Source: an uncultured Nitrososphaeraceae archaeon (GTDB lineage: Archaea > Thermoproteota > Nitrososphaeria > Nitrososphaerales > Nitrososphaeraceae). From it: DNA of 64,000 nt. Both the position numbers and the translations under genes were made by a program. The stretch lies in NCBI GenBank assembly GCA_963779615.1, contig CAVZZA010000005.1, positions 96,001-160,000 on the forward strand, given 5' to 3'. The notes beneath the pieces were generated by a model. The model was not told the origin of the DNA. It did not search any database and saw nothing but the letters and a program-made list of their open reading frames with translations. Below are positions 32,063 to 42,060 of this stretch, one piece after another (within the stretch, counting starts at the first letter, position 1; the number at the start of each line of letters is the position of its first letter).

Positions 32063-32506
32063 CTATTTTGAAAACACAAGAATAAACAAAGTAACAACTG
32101 CAAGGGATCCAAATAGTATCATTGTGGTTTTCCACATCCCTTTATTCTCTTTTTCACCTATATTCCACATCCCGCCCCTAATTTCATTATTCTTTGTGTA
32201 CCAATTCTTAATCTCATCATAGCTGTAATATTTACTATAATCTGCTGGTGGTGTCCAATGTGTGGAATAATCTGAAATATACTCGCCCCTATTCTTCTGA
32301 AACGATAAATCATATTTTTTTCTTGAAGTCTCATCAGAGAGAACCTCATAAGCTTCTACTATGCTTAAGAATTTTTCTTTGGATTCGGAACTTTTATTTT
32401 TATCAGGATGATATTTTAATGCAAGACTCCGAAACAATCTTTTTATTTCATCGTTTGTCGCATTTTGCTTTATTTGAAGGATGTCATAGTAGGAAGTAGA
32501 TAACAA
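32063..32506 (-). CDS. J-domain (DnaJ class C) protein with C-terminal membrane anchor
   Basis: YYDIL, HPD motif, AYEVLSD; hydrophobic C-terminus. Confidence 0.93.
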   Translation of the reverse strand: MLSTSYYDILQIKQNATNDEIKRLFRSLALKYHPDKNKSSESKEKFLSIVEAYEVLSDETSRKKYDLSFQKNRGEYISDYSTHWTPPADYSKYYSYDEIKNWYTKNNEIRGGMWNIGEKENKGMWKTTMILFGSLAVVTLFILVFSK

Positions 32507-32609
32507 TATTTATTCAAGTGCAAACTAAAAATTAAATATTTTGTCTTAAAATTACCAATGCATGAAACTAAAAAATTCAAATATCAATAAATGGCACAGA
32601 AATTAACAT

Positions 32610-33158
32610 TTGAAATTTTTTTTTAAAAAAAAAATCCCTCTTGATAAAAACAAGAAGAAAACAAAATTGCCAGATAGTTTTTTGAACATTCACTCTACGA
32701 CAGAAAACGGCAACGAAAAACAGAATAAGAACCCAACGGAAGAAATTGAAAAGGCTAATAACAACAACATATCAAATAATGAAAAAAATTTAAAAGATAA
32801 CTCCCATACCGATAATAATACAGAAAAAATAGTAAATGAGAATGAAGACAACAAAGATGTTGAAGGAGGGAAAGCAGAACCCAGACTCACGTGTAATGGG
32901 TGTAAAGAAAAACTTGATGATGAAGGGAAAAGACCCCATTGGAAATGGAACTTTGATAGAAATTTAAGGTTTTGTGAAAAATGTTATAAAATAAAAGAAG
33001 ACGATTATGAAAAATTGATTAATTATTGCATCATTTGCAATTCAAAATTAGGATTTATTCGATACAATCCAAAACCTAAATGGAAAATAAAAGGTCAGCT
33101 ATGTAGAAAATGCTGGGACAATAAAAATACTAAACAAGAAGCAAAAAATAAATTCTAA
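32610..33158 (+). CDS. hypothetical protein with two Cys4 zinc-binding repeats
   Basis: Low-complexity N-terminus; CxxC-KL...P.WK...CxxC module twice. Confidence 0.8.
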   Translation: MKFFFKKKIPLDKNKKKTKLPDSFLNIHSTTENGNEKQNKNPTEEIEKANNNNISNNEKNLKDNSHTDNNTEKIVNENEDNKDVEGGKAEPRLTCNGCKEKLDDEGKRPHWKWNFDRNLRFCEKCYKIKEDDYEKLINYCIICNSKLGFIRYNPKPKWKIKGQLCRKCWDNKNTKQEAKNKF

Positions 33159-33391
33159 TACAATCTCTTTTCATTTTATTTGATTTACAATTTATCTATT
33201 AGAATCAAAGAATTACGTTTATTGAAAACATGGAATAAAAATACATTATCTGTACTTCAGGTTTGTACATAGCTAAATGGAGTTTCACAAAAAAATAGTA
33301 AAATCGACAGTAAAATATGAAAATCATTTATAGACCTTCATTTGCTCATAGGTAATATAGAAATATGGCAATTTGGAAAAATTTATAGACT

Positions 33392-34434
33392 AGATCTCTT
33401 GCGTAATTGCCCCTAGACAGCTTTATGATCATCATTCTATCAATCTCATGTCCTTTCTTTGCGCACATACGATAAATTATCCAGAAAACCAATGTTTTTC
33501 AAGTCATTAGCTGGCCTGACGATAAAGGAGTTTGACGACATATACGATAAGTGGATATTAAATAGACTCGGCAGGCATGGGATCAGGCGTCTGTCCAATA
33601 GAAAAGACAGAGAACGATCCATAGGTGCTGAGACATTTCAAACTGGATGTTAAAACAGGCTTCTGATGCTTTTGGTCTACTGTTGCCGTCTTTACACAAC
33701 CCACACGTTGGCCGGCTTTTGTTTGACTAGGACCAGAGTAGCGTCCGCAGGGATATCCAAAAAATTGAGTTGTTGATAAGAAGGTGCGTAACAATTCCGC
33801 AAAAGATGCACAGATTGTCAAAAAGGCAGCGCACACCAGAAGAGGCTGAAAGGCATTTCCCAGGCTTTCTGTCCTTCACAGACTGCGCAAAACAGCAGAT
33901 ACCAAGGCCTAAAGAACAAAACAAGAAGAAAGATGACTAGTCAGGCAAGAGGAAAAGGCCTACCGTAAAGACACATCTCATGGTTAACAACCGGGTGTCA
34001 TTATCCATAAAGCAAAACACAAAAAAGGACATCGGCATGACTATGACATCTATAAGAAGAATCATCCCATAACTCCAAAAGAAGCGATAAATGTGTTTGA
34101 CCTTGGATACCTTGGGGTTGGGAAAGACTTTCCTGACCAAAAGCCATCCACACCGAACAGAAAGAAGACAAGCCAAAAAGAGTTGACTCAAGAGGAAAAA
34201 GAGTGCAACCAGAATCACTTTAAAAAAAGGATTGTGATGGAACACACCGTTTGCAGGATGAAAAAGTACAGGATAATGAGCAATGGCTTCAGAAACAGGT
34301 TGAGAAATTACGACAAGGTGTCTGAAATAGTATCAGGACTGGTAAACTACAGAGCATTGTCGCCTTTTTAGATCGGCATCATCAGTCATTGTCGTACTGA
34401 TGGGGCATACTGTTTCTAATTATTCAAGGGATCT
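33392..34434 (+). mobile_element. full-length but inactivated IS5/ISL2-like (DDE_Tnp_4) element
   Basis: TIRs AGATCTCTTGCGTAATT / reverse complement AGATCCCTTGAATAATT in TA context; motifs YDKLSRKP, DCAKQQIPRP, DLGYLGV, RIVMEH; stops and frameshifts. Confidence 0.87.
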
Positions 34435-34445
34435 ATCATCTATTT

Positions 34446-34706
34446 TTAATATATCCCCAGAGATTCTGGAAGAGCTGAACCAAGTTCTGCGTAACCCATT
34501 GCAGTAAAAAGAGTGATAGAAGCATTGAGAATGCATGCAAAAATAACAGCAGAACCGGCTAAACCTATTGCAGGGCCAGTCAAAACACAAATGGCTCCCC
34601 CGATCATTGCGGCTTTACCAAGCATAACAACATCCACTAAATTCAATGATCTGACAAGTGTTTGCTGATGATGGATAGAAGAACTGGAATCTCCTGATCC
34701 AGTTTG
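34446..34706 (-). pseudogene. N-terminal fragment of an APC-family amino acid permease
   Basis: LVRSLNL...MIGGAI.VL.G.A...AG, YAELGSALP; breaks off at the repeat boundary; no intact start codon. Confidence 0.8.
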
Positions 34707-34817
34707 ACAATGTCTAATTTTTAGGACATAAAAGACAATTAAACGTTATTAAAATTTTTATAATTTTTTTAACAAAACATATAAATATTTATAAAACTCA
34801 CTCCCATTTTTTTAGGA

Positions 34818-34979
34818 CTATCTCCAAATCATAGATACAATACCAAGGCCAGTAATGCACAAACCAGCATATGCCACCTGCGGAACTCCGATTAATCCGG
34901 CACCAATAGCAAGACCAATGCCAGAGACAGCCATCAATAGTTCACCAATTCTCCTGTTTGTTAAATGCAAAGTTATCAT
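34818..34979 (-). CDS. 53-aa two-helix membrane microprotein (not in ORF track)
   Basis: MITLHLTNRRIGELLMAVSGIGLAIGAGLIGVPQVAYAGLCITGLGIVSMIWR; GC-richer than flanks; TTTAAA box about 25 nt upstream. Confidence 0.75.
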   Translation of the reverse strand: MITLHLTNRRIGELLMAVSGIGLAIGAGLIGVPQVAYAGLCITGLGIVSMIWR

Positions 34980-35439
34980 AATCTATTAAAAAATCGACTC
35001 TTTAAAATATTATGCTTATACCCTTGTTTCAAGTATTTTAATATAAATTATAGTTTTAAAGGCAATTACAAAATACAGAATTAATCCAATTTAATGTCAA
35101 CATCTAATAAAAAAAGCAATGTTGCCATAAGTTCTAGCAGAATTTAATGACAAACATGCACCACAACATTTGAAAAAATACTAAAAAACAATGATCAAAA
35201 TAACAACTTTATGACAATTATAGTTATTTTATTATGAAAAATTAATGCCTTTCACCATTTTCAATCTGCATATGCGGAATTGCTTACCTCACCACATACA
35301 ATAGACAACTTTTGCATCATAATGTCTAAACAATCAATCATCTAGTCATTACTATTAGCGGATAAAAAGACTGTGTATTATACTATCATGATACCGGTAA
35401 AAAATACGAATTCAAAACTTTAAAAAATTAGATAAAAAA

Positions 35440-36090
35440 TTATAGATGAATAAGACCTCCAGAACCTGCTGTATGCGGAGATTGACCTGGAAAGTTTCGC
35501 CTAAAGTGACCGGATGGTCTTTTAGATATTAACTCAATAAACCAGGCTTCATGTTCTATCTCTTCTTGCATTATTCGTTGAGCTATATCATATGTTCTTG
35601 GATCTTTTCCTGAAGTAAGATCACAAACTTCTCCCCATGATCTAATAGCACATTGTTCGGCCTCTAATAGAACTTTAATAATTGAAGATAAATCTTTCCA
35701 GTTATCAGGCAAGTAAGCATCAGGACAACCAGCCTGTGTTGCAAAATCTCTAATATCACGAGGCAAGCTTCCTCCCAATTCATATAACCTTGGGACCATG
35801 GCTTCAAAGTGATTTCTGTCTTCTATCCTTGCATCTTCTACTATTTCTTTTATACCTTCACCATCCAAGCCCGTACAATGCATTCTCAATATAGTATAGT
35901 AATAGTATGTTGTAAATTCTGCGCCAACACCTTTTGTTATCAGTTCTTTCAATCTTTCAATATTAACGCCATTTTTTTCTAAAACTTCTAATGCAACTAT
36001 ATTCGGAACTTTATCGTCTTTGGTTGTACCTACATGTGAACCTGTCGTCTTTGGTTGTACCTGTACATGTCGATCCTTCGTCTTTAACAT
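35440..36090 (-). CDS. Dps-like ferritin-superfamily protein (DPSL/thioferritin)
   Basis: [50 protein letters not shown]; the Cys pair typical of DPSL. Confidence 0.93.
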   Translation of the reverse strand: MLKTKDRHVQVQPKTTGSHVGTTKDDKVPNIVALEVLEKNGVNIERLKELITKGVGAEFTTYYYYTILRMHCTGLDGEGIKEIVEDARIEDRNHFEAMVPRLYELGGSLPRDIRDFATQAGCPDAYLPDNWKDLSSIIKVLLEAEQCAIRSWGEVCDLTSGKDPRTYDIAQRIMQEEIEHEAWFIELISKRPSGHFRRNFPGQSPHTAGSGGLIHL

Positions 36091-36711
36091 CGAGACTCAT
36101 TAAAAAAATTAATACAATTTAATATAAATATTTTATTATAGGAAATTTATGCTGAATATGCCAATATTTTAATTAGCAGTTAATTTTTGAAATGATTCAA
36201 TATATTATAGAGTAAATGTAAACCAAAGGAAAAAACAACAAATCAATAGTTGTGAATGTTATGTATACTTGAGAAAAAAATGCCTTTGATTTGTTATGAT
36301 ATAACTCAAACTGCCAAATGCAAGGTAAAAAATTAAAAATATTGCTTAAGGATTGCATTTTTTTCTTGGTTTTTCTATAGAAAAACTTATAGCATTAAGC
36401 ATCCTATTTTATGAGTCATGTAATAAGTTTGAAATGGCATTTTGCTTTTGAATACACGAGATTGTTGCTATCAATTATGAAAAGGTTATTGTAAAAGAAT
36501 AATTTTAAGTGTCATCAGCAACTAATCTGCAAAGCGTGGCATTTCAACAGATCGATAAAAAAGCAATAATTACAACATTTATAATCGCCTAATATAATAA
36601 ACACAGTCAAGATGGATTCTGTAATAAAGCAAATACAATAAAACTAATAACATAATTAGCATCAGTCTGCAATATTCATTTAATGATCAATATGAAAAAG
36701 CATCTAGAGAC

Positions 36712-37086
36712 CTATAATCTATTCATTTTAAACAGATCCTCATTAGACTTGAAACCTTCCCTATCAATTAATTGTTTTAAACAAATAGTAAAACCAATAT
36801 GAGAGCAATCATCAGTTATGCAACTTTTACAAAGCGGGACCCCCTCAACTATATCTACAATAATATCAGAATTCAAACACCGATCAAAAATCTTAACAAG
36901 CGTAACAGACGGAAAATTAACATGTTTTAAAATTAATGGCGGATTCGGTTTGTAATTATCATTCTTCCCAATAAATGACTTGCAATTCATCCAATTTAAA
37001 AATGCAAAAGTTCCCTCATCCAAGCTTTCACATTTTTCTGCTTTTATTTGTAAATTATTAAGTTTGATTTTGTCTTTGTTAGACAT
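36712..37086 (-). CDS. hypothetical protein with C-terminal CxxC...CxH motif
   Basis: LCKSCITDDCSHIGF (SWIM-like zinc site). Confidence 0.7.
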   Translation of the reverse strand: MSNKDKIKLNNLQIKAEKCESLDEGTFAFLNWMNCKSFIGKNDNYKPNPPLILKHVNFPSVTLVKIFDRCLNSDIIVDIVEGVPLCKSCITDDCSHIGFTICLKQLIDREGFKSNEDLFKMNRL

Positions 37087-37183
37087 TTATCCTTTCTAGT
37101 CATACCCTTCTTGAGTTTGCCTAGTTATAAAGGTTTTATAAAAATATACAATTGTATTGATCACGAGAAGTTATTAAAAAAAG

Positions 37184-38659
37184 TCATAGTATGTTCTCAA
37201 ATCCATAACTTGACCATTTATTATCCACCATAATCTTTGTTTTTTCATCAACATTAACTTCTTCCTGAATATCTCTTTGAAATCCTTCTTCTTTCCATTT
37301 AGTTGTGGCATCGATACCCATTTTAGAGCCAAGGTTGACAAGGGGAGACGCTGGGTCGAGAGTATCTGTCGGGGCATTTTCGATTAATAGCGTATCTCGT
37401 TTGGGATCAGCTTTAGTTGTAATTGCCCAAATAACTTGATCAATATCATGAACATTAATTTTGTGATCCACTACCACAAAAATTTTGGTTAACGATAGCT
37501 GCCCCATACCCCAAAGTCCTAACATAACTTTTTTAGCTTGTCCTGGGTACCTTTTTCTTATGGAAAAAATTGCAAGACCTTGGAACCAGCCCGCAGGAGG
37601 CATTGAATAATCCACTACCTCAGGTTGAAACATTTGAATTAGTGGGAGGAATGACTGTTCAATCACCTTACCAAAATATGCATCCTCAAGAATAGGCTTT
37701 CCGACCACAGTTGTTAAATAAATAGGCTCTTCCTTTTGCATGACTCCAGTTAATTGGAATGTTGGAAAAAGATCAGGAGGTGTATAGTAACCGGTATGAT
37801 CTCCAAAAGGTCCCTCGACCTCAAGTTTAGTTGGGTCAACCAATCCCTCGAACACTATTTCAGCATTTGCAGGAACTTCCAGATCAACAGTAGAGCATTT
37901 TACAAGTTTAATTCCCTTTTTTCTTGATATTCCAGCGAATAGAAATTTATCCAAACCTTCGGGAACTGGAGCAATACTACTAAATATAGTACCGGGGTCG
38001 GACCCGATAACTACTGCAGCTTCTATAGGTTTTTGCGAATCTTTTGAGATTTCAAAATGTTGTGCACCGCGCTTGTGAGTTTGCCAATGCATTATAGCCT
38101 TTTTGTTATTTACTATTTGGATTCGATATACACCGATATTTCTTATCCCAGTTTCAGGATGTTTTGTTACTGTCATCCCAAAGGTTATAAACCGACCAGC
38201 ATCTTTGATAAATGATTTAAGAATTGGAAAGTCATTAAAAGACGGATTGGTTGTATTTATTTTATCTTGAATAGGACCCTTGTCGACAATTTTTGGTCCA
38301 TACTCAGATATTTCTGAAAGTTTTGGCAACATTCGAATCTTATTTAGAACCCCACTTGGCATTTTCAATTTAGTTAGATCCACTATCCTATTGCCAATTT
38401 CGGTAAAATCCTGTAGATCTAACGCTATTTGCAATCTCTTTAAAGAACCAAATGCATTTCCAAGTATGGGAATATCAAACCCTTTAACATTTTCAAATAA
38501 TAAAGCAGGACTTTTTCCAGAGTACATCAACCTTCGCATTATTTCTGCGATCTCTAAATCTGAACTTACTTCAACATTTACCCTTTTTAGTTCACCAATC
38601 GGCTCAAGAGCATTCAACAAATTCCAATAAATTATCAAAAGCCATATATGATATTTCAA
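37184..38659 (-). CDS. UbiD-family (prFMN-dependent) decarboxylase
   Basis: NIGVYR, MHW, EGPFGDHTGYY, GKPILED, DTLDPAS, KMGIDAT; true start probably slightly downstream. Confidence 0.95.
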   Translation of the reverse strand: MKYHIWLLIIYWNLLNALEPIGELKRVNVEVSSDLEIAEIMRRLMYSGKSPALLFENVKGFDIPILGNAFGSLKRLQIALDLQDFTEIGNRIVDLTKLKMPSGVLNKIRMLPKLSEISEYGPKIVDKGPIQDKINTTNPSFNDFPILKSFIKDAGRFITFGMTVTKHPETGIRNIGVYRIQIVNNKKAIMHWQTHKRGAQHFEISKDSQKPIEAAVVIGSDPGTIFSSIAPVPEGLDKFLFAGISRKKGIKLVKCSTVDLEVPANAEIVFEGLVDPTKLEVEGPFGDHTGYYTPPDLFPTFQLTGVMQKEEPIYLTTVVGKPILEDAYFGKVIEQSFLPLIQMFQPEVVDYSMPPAGWFQGLAIFSIRKRYPGQAKKVMLGLWGMGQLSLTKIFVVVDHKINVHDIDQVIWAITTKADPKRDTLLIENAPTDTLDPASPLVNLGSKMGIDATTKWKEEGFQRDIQEEVNVDEKTKIMVDNKWSSYGFENIL

Positions 38660-38771
38660 TAAGGTATACCTTATTTAATTATAAATGTAAAAATAATAAA
38701 TAAAAAAATATTTTTATGGACTATTTGAATAATTTTTTGACTTGTTTGTTTTTTTTATCTGCGGTAATCTA

Positions 38772-39032
38772 TTATTGAGTCATATTGCCTGGCATCATCA
38801 TAGTTGAATTGCCCATTGGCATCATGCTGTGGTCCATCATCATAGTTGAACTGCCATTTGGACTTGCATTCATTGCTGAGCTATCATTCATACCAACGTT
38901 AGATGTATTTGCATTTTGTGTTGTTGAGGGACTGGTCATATTTTGTTGTGCTAAGGCGGGTGCTGCTAAACCTACAATCAAGGTCACAGCTGCTACGATA
39001 CTTACAATTGCAATAAAGTTTAATTTATACAT
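38772..39032 (-). CDS. secreted Met-rich small protein, copy A (86 aa)
   Basis: Signal peptide MYKLNF...AAPALA, then a 58-aa Met/Asn/Ser/Thr-rich tail; paralogue adjacent. Confidence 0.85.
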   Translation of the reverse strand: MYKLNFIAIVSIVAAVTLIVGLAAPALAQQNMTSPSTTQNANTSNVGMNDSSAMNASPNGSSTMMMDHSMMPMGNSTMMMPGNMTQ

Positions 39033-39403
39033 GCAAAACAAGTTATATTTTACGGATATATAACACCTTTGGTCATAGAATATTTATAAAATAAACGCAA
39101 AATAAATAATAGTTTTATGGTCTATTATGAATAATTTCTATCCTTTTTAATGATTTATTTTCTAATAATTGTTTTTTATCAGCGTGTCAAATTGTGTGGC
39201 ATTATAATTGTACTATTGCTATTCATCATTGTTGAACCACCATCTGCCATTGTGATGTTGTCCATGGCGGTCATATTTTGTTGTGCTAAGGCGGGTGCTG
39301 CTAAACCTACAATCAAGGTCACAGCTGCTACGATACTTACAATTGCAATAAAGTTTAATTTATACATGCAAAACAAGTTATATTTTACGGATATATAACA
39401 CCT
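38934..39403. repeat. 135-bp perfect direct repeat (38934-39068 and 39269-39403)
   Basis: Read directly; covers TATA region, start codon, signal peptide and the first mature codons. Confidence 0.95.
39179..39367 (-). CDS. secreted Met-rich small protein, copy B (62 aa)
   Basis: Identical signal peptide; 34-aa mature part. Confidence 0.82.
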   Translation of the reverse strand: MYKLNFIAIVSIVAAVTLIVGLAAPALAQQNMTAMDNITMADGGSTMMNSNSTIIMPHNLTR

Positions 39404-39499
39404 CTGCCATTTACTAATAAGCAATATGGCCATTATTTACAAATATTTTTGGATTGAAAAAGTTATTATTCATGCAATCAAACCAAAAAAAATAGTGAA

Positions 39500-39928
39500 T
39501 TATTGATGCAGTTTTAAGAGATTTGATTTGTTTTGATTTATCAACGGAATTATCTTTTCAGTTAATAATTGATGTAAATTGGCAGTATCTGGATCGAAAG
39601 ACAGCAATAAAACATAAGATAATTTACTATATTCATCTGTGATAGGAATAGTAGCCCTCATCAATTTTTCAAATTTGGAGCTGGCATACTGAATCTTTCC
39701 CAGCATATATTCCCATCTTAATCTTGTGAATTGTCTTGTAGCAGCAGTAATTGCATATTGTACTCTTTCTTCAGGGGTTAACAACGGATTAAGACCAGGT
39801 CTTTCAGCCATTGATTCTAATTTACCATCCTCATCCGCAATTCCAGCAAAACGTATTTTATTGTCTAAATCTATAACCTGCTTACAGAATTTGTTGAATA
39901 CTTCTTCGTCTTTTTCCTCCCTATTCAT
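39500..39928 (-). CDS. roadblock/longin-like thaumarchaeal protein (DUF6659-like)
   Basis: IRFAGI.D..GK, R.GL.PLL, LGK..Y.....EKL.R..IP pattern. Confidence 0.75.
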   Translation of the reverse strand: MNREEKDEEVFNKFCKQVIDLDNKIRFAGIADEDGKLESMAERPGLNPLLTPEERVQYAITAATRQFTRLRWEYMLGKIQYASSKFEKLMRATIPITDEYSKLSYVLLLSFDPDTANLHQLLTEKIIPLINQNKSNLLKLHQ

Positions 39929-40004
39929 TTAATTTTACACCTCTCTTGTACATTTTCCCACCAACTAATATATCATATCAAAATAAAAAAAGGAATGCTA
40001 TACA

Positions 40005-41828
40005 TTATTGGTTTGGAAGAAAAGAATCACAGAATTCTTTATCGAGCATTTTATAACACGAATTTAAAAAGTCTTTCAAAATTCCATCAGGGTCTTTGGG
40101 TAAATCGTATAATGGCGGATTTGGCTCTAACAGGTTGTTATTTCTATTATCCATAATTAATGGCCTTTCCTTGAACTCCGTTAGATTAACATTCTTTGCC
40201 ATTTGTTCACCATCCCTAATTATAGCAATAACCACAGTATCACCAATTTTTTTTGCTGAAAGATATTTTTTAATATCTTGTTGATTTTTCACGTCATTGT
40301 TATCAATTTTTATAATAACATCCCCGCCTAATTCTATAGGATTGCCATTAAGCTCAGAGATGATATATCCTCCTTGAAGATTGGCTTTTGAGGCAGGACT
40401 TTGATCCAAGACACCAGTAATCAAAAATCCATCGTTTCTACTTAAGTTCATCATTGCTGCGATAGCAGGGGTGACATCAAGTCCGATAACTCCTAAAGAA
40501 GGAGTAGAAGCAGAACTTAAATTAAGATCGGGTCGAGAAGTCAATGTCAGGGGAACTACTTTAGACTCATTGCCGTCTCTCCAGACAGTAAGAGAAACAT
40601 TGCTTCCAATTTTTTTATTATTTTCTAAATAAGATAATATGTCATCTAATTTTTTCACAGTCTTGTTATCAATTTTTATAATAACATCCCCGCCTAATTC
40701 CACAGGTCTACCATTGATTTGATATGTCGTATTTCCTCCTTTTATTCCGGCTAAATATGCAGGACTATCCTTTGTAACATTAACAACAAGAAACCCTGAA
40801 GATTCATTTAAATTCATTAATTTTGCTATATCAGGGGTAACCTCAGTTCCCGATATACCGATATATGGATGTTTATAGGTTTCACCAGCTATTAACGTCG
40901 GAATAATTTTAATTAATAAATTAGAAGGTATTGAGAAACCTATTCCAATATAAGCGCCAGTATTTGAAAAAATTGCAGTGTTAATTCCAATTACCTGACC
41001 TTTCATATTTAATAGAGGGCCACCAGAATTTCCAGGATTTATTGCTGCATCCGTTTGAATAATGTCAGGTATGGAAAATGAGGGAACATTTGTAGGCATA
41101 TTTTGAAGGTCATAAGGTTGAGAAGGGGGAATAAATTGAATAGTATTTGCGGGCATTAATCTGCCAAGGCCACTAATTATACCGTCTGTTAAAGAGCCAG
41201 ATAAACCAAAAGGATTTCCAACTGCAACCACTCTTTCCCCTACTTTTAAGTTTGTAGAATTTCCGAGATCTAAAGGAACCAATTTTGATTGTGCATCTTT
41301 ATGCTGAGTTAAGTTAAGTAATTTTATGACTGCCAGATCAGCATAGGGATCAGTCCCACTAATTTCTGCCTCATAGGATACACCGTCTAAAAATGTGACA
41401 TAAACTGTATTATTTTTTGCTCCCTCTACCACATGATAATTTGTTATGATATGCCCGTTCTTATCATAAACAAAGCCTGAACCTAACCTTGAACCTGCAA
41501 TATCGCTCTGTTGTTTCATATTTGCTGGATCGGTAATTTGAACAACAGATTCTTTAACATAATTAAATAGATCAGGTAATGAGGATGAAAAGTTTCTACC
41601 TGAATTTAACGTTCTTTCACTGGTTGTGCTTAAAGACGTATCTATATTTTTAGTTGTATTAACAGAGTCACCCTGCAAGACGGAAGAGTTTAAAACTTGT
41701 CCGTATATATCTTTGTAAAAAGATAAGCTACCAAACATTAGAAAAGTAATTGTAAAGCATAACATAAATTTAAAAATTTTTCCATGACAATTAATTACAT
41801 TAATCAAAGACCTTTTTTCCTTGACCAT
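40005..41828 (-). CDS. HtrA/DegP-like trypsin serine protease with two PDZ domains
   Basis: GSGF, TNYHVV, DLAVIK, QTDAAINPGNSGGPL; two GDVIIKID PDZ modules; N-terminal TM. Confidence 0.96.
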   Translation of the reverse strand: MVKEKRSLINVINCHGKIFKFMLCFTITFLMFGSLSFYKDIYGQVLNSSVLQGDSVNTTKNIDTSLSTTSERTLNSGRNFSSSLPDLFNYVKESVVQITDPANMKQQSDIAGSRLGSGFVYDKNGHIITNYHVVEGAKNNTVYVTFLDGVSYEAEISGTDPYADLAVIKLLNLTQHKDAQSKLVPLDLGNSTNLKVGERVVAVGNPFGLSGSLTDGIISGLGRLMPANTIQFIPPSQPYDLQNMPTNVPSFSIPDIIQTDAAINPGNSGGPLLNMKGQVIGINTAIFSNTGAYIGIGFSIPSNLLIKIIPTLIAGETYKHPYIGISGTEVTPDIAKLMNLNESSGFLVVNVTKDSPAYLAGIKGGNTTYQINGRPVELGGDVIIKIDNKTVKKLDDILSYLENNKKIGSNVSLTVWRDGNESKVVPLTLTSRPDLNLSSASTPSLGVIGLDVTPAIAAMMNLSRNDGFLITGVLDQSPASKANLQGGYIISELNGNPIELGGDVIIKIDNNDVKNQQDIKKYLSAKKIGDTVVIAIIRDGEQMAKNVNLTEFKERPLIMDNRNNNLLEPNPPLYDLPKDPDGILKDFLNSCYKMLDKEFCDSFLPNQ

Positions 41829-42060
41829 TAACTAACGTAAAACTTCTATCAATTTAAATATTGCATAAAACAAGTTTGTTTGTTTTTTTTGCTCTGTTCT
41901 TTATATTTTTGATAGTTTTTTTAATATCAGCAGTATTAATGGCGTTATGACATTCAATTTTTATAAATAAGCTTGAAACAATTCAAAACTGTCTTATATT
42001 GATTTGACAACCTGAAATACATTCAAAAAGAAAATGGTTTTCTAATGCCAACAGAGCCAT

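Noticed and set aside
38785-39398. Plus-strand ORFs 38785-39063 and 39150-39398
   Set aside because: Antisense shadows of the minus-strand signal-peptide genes
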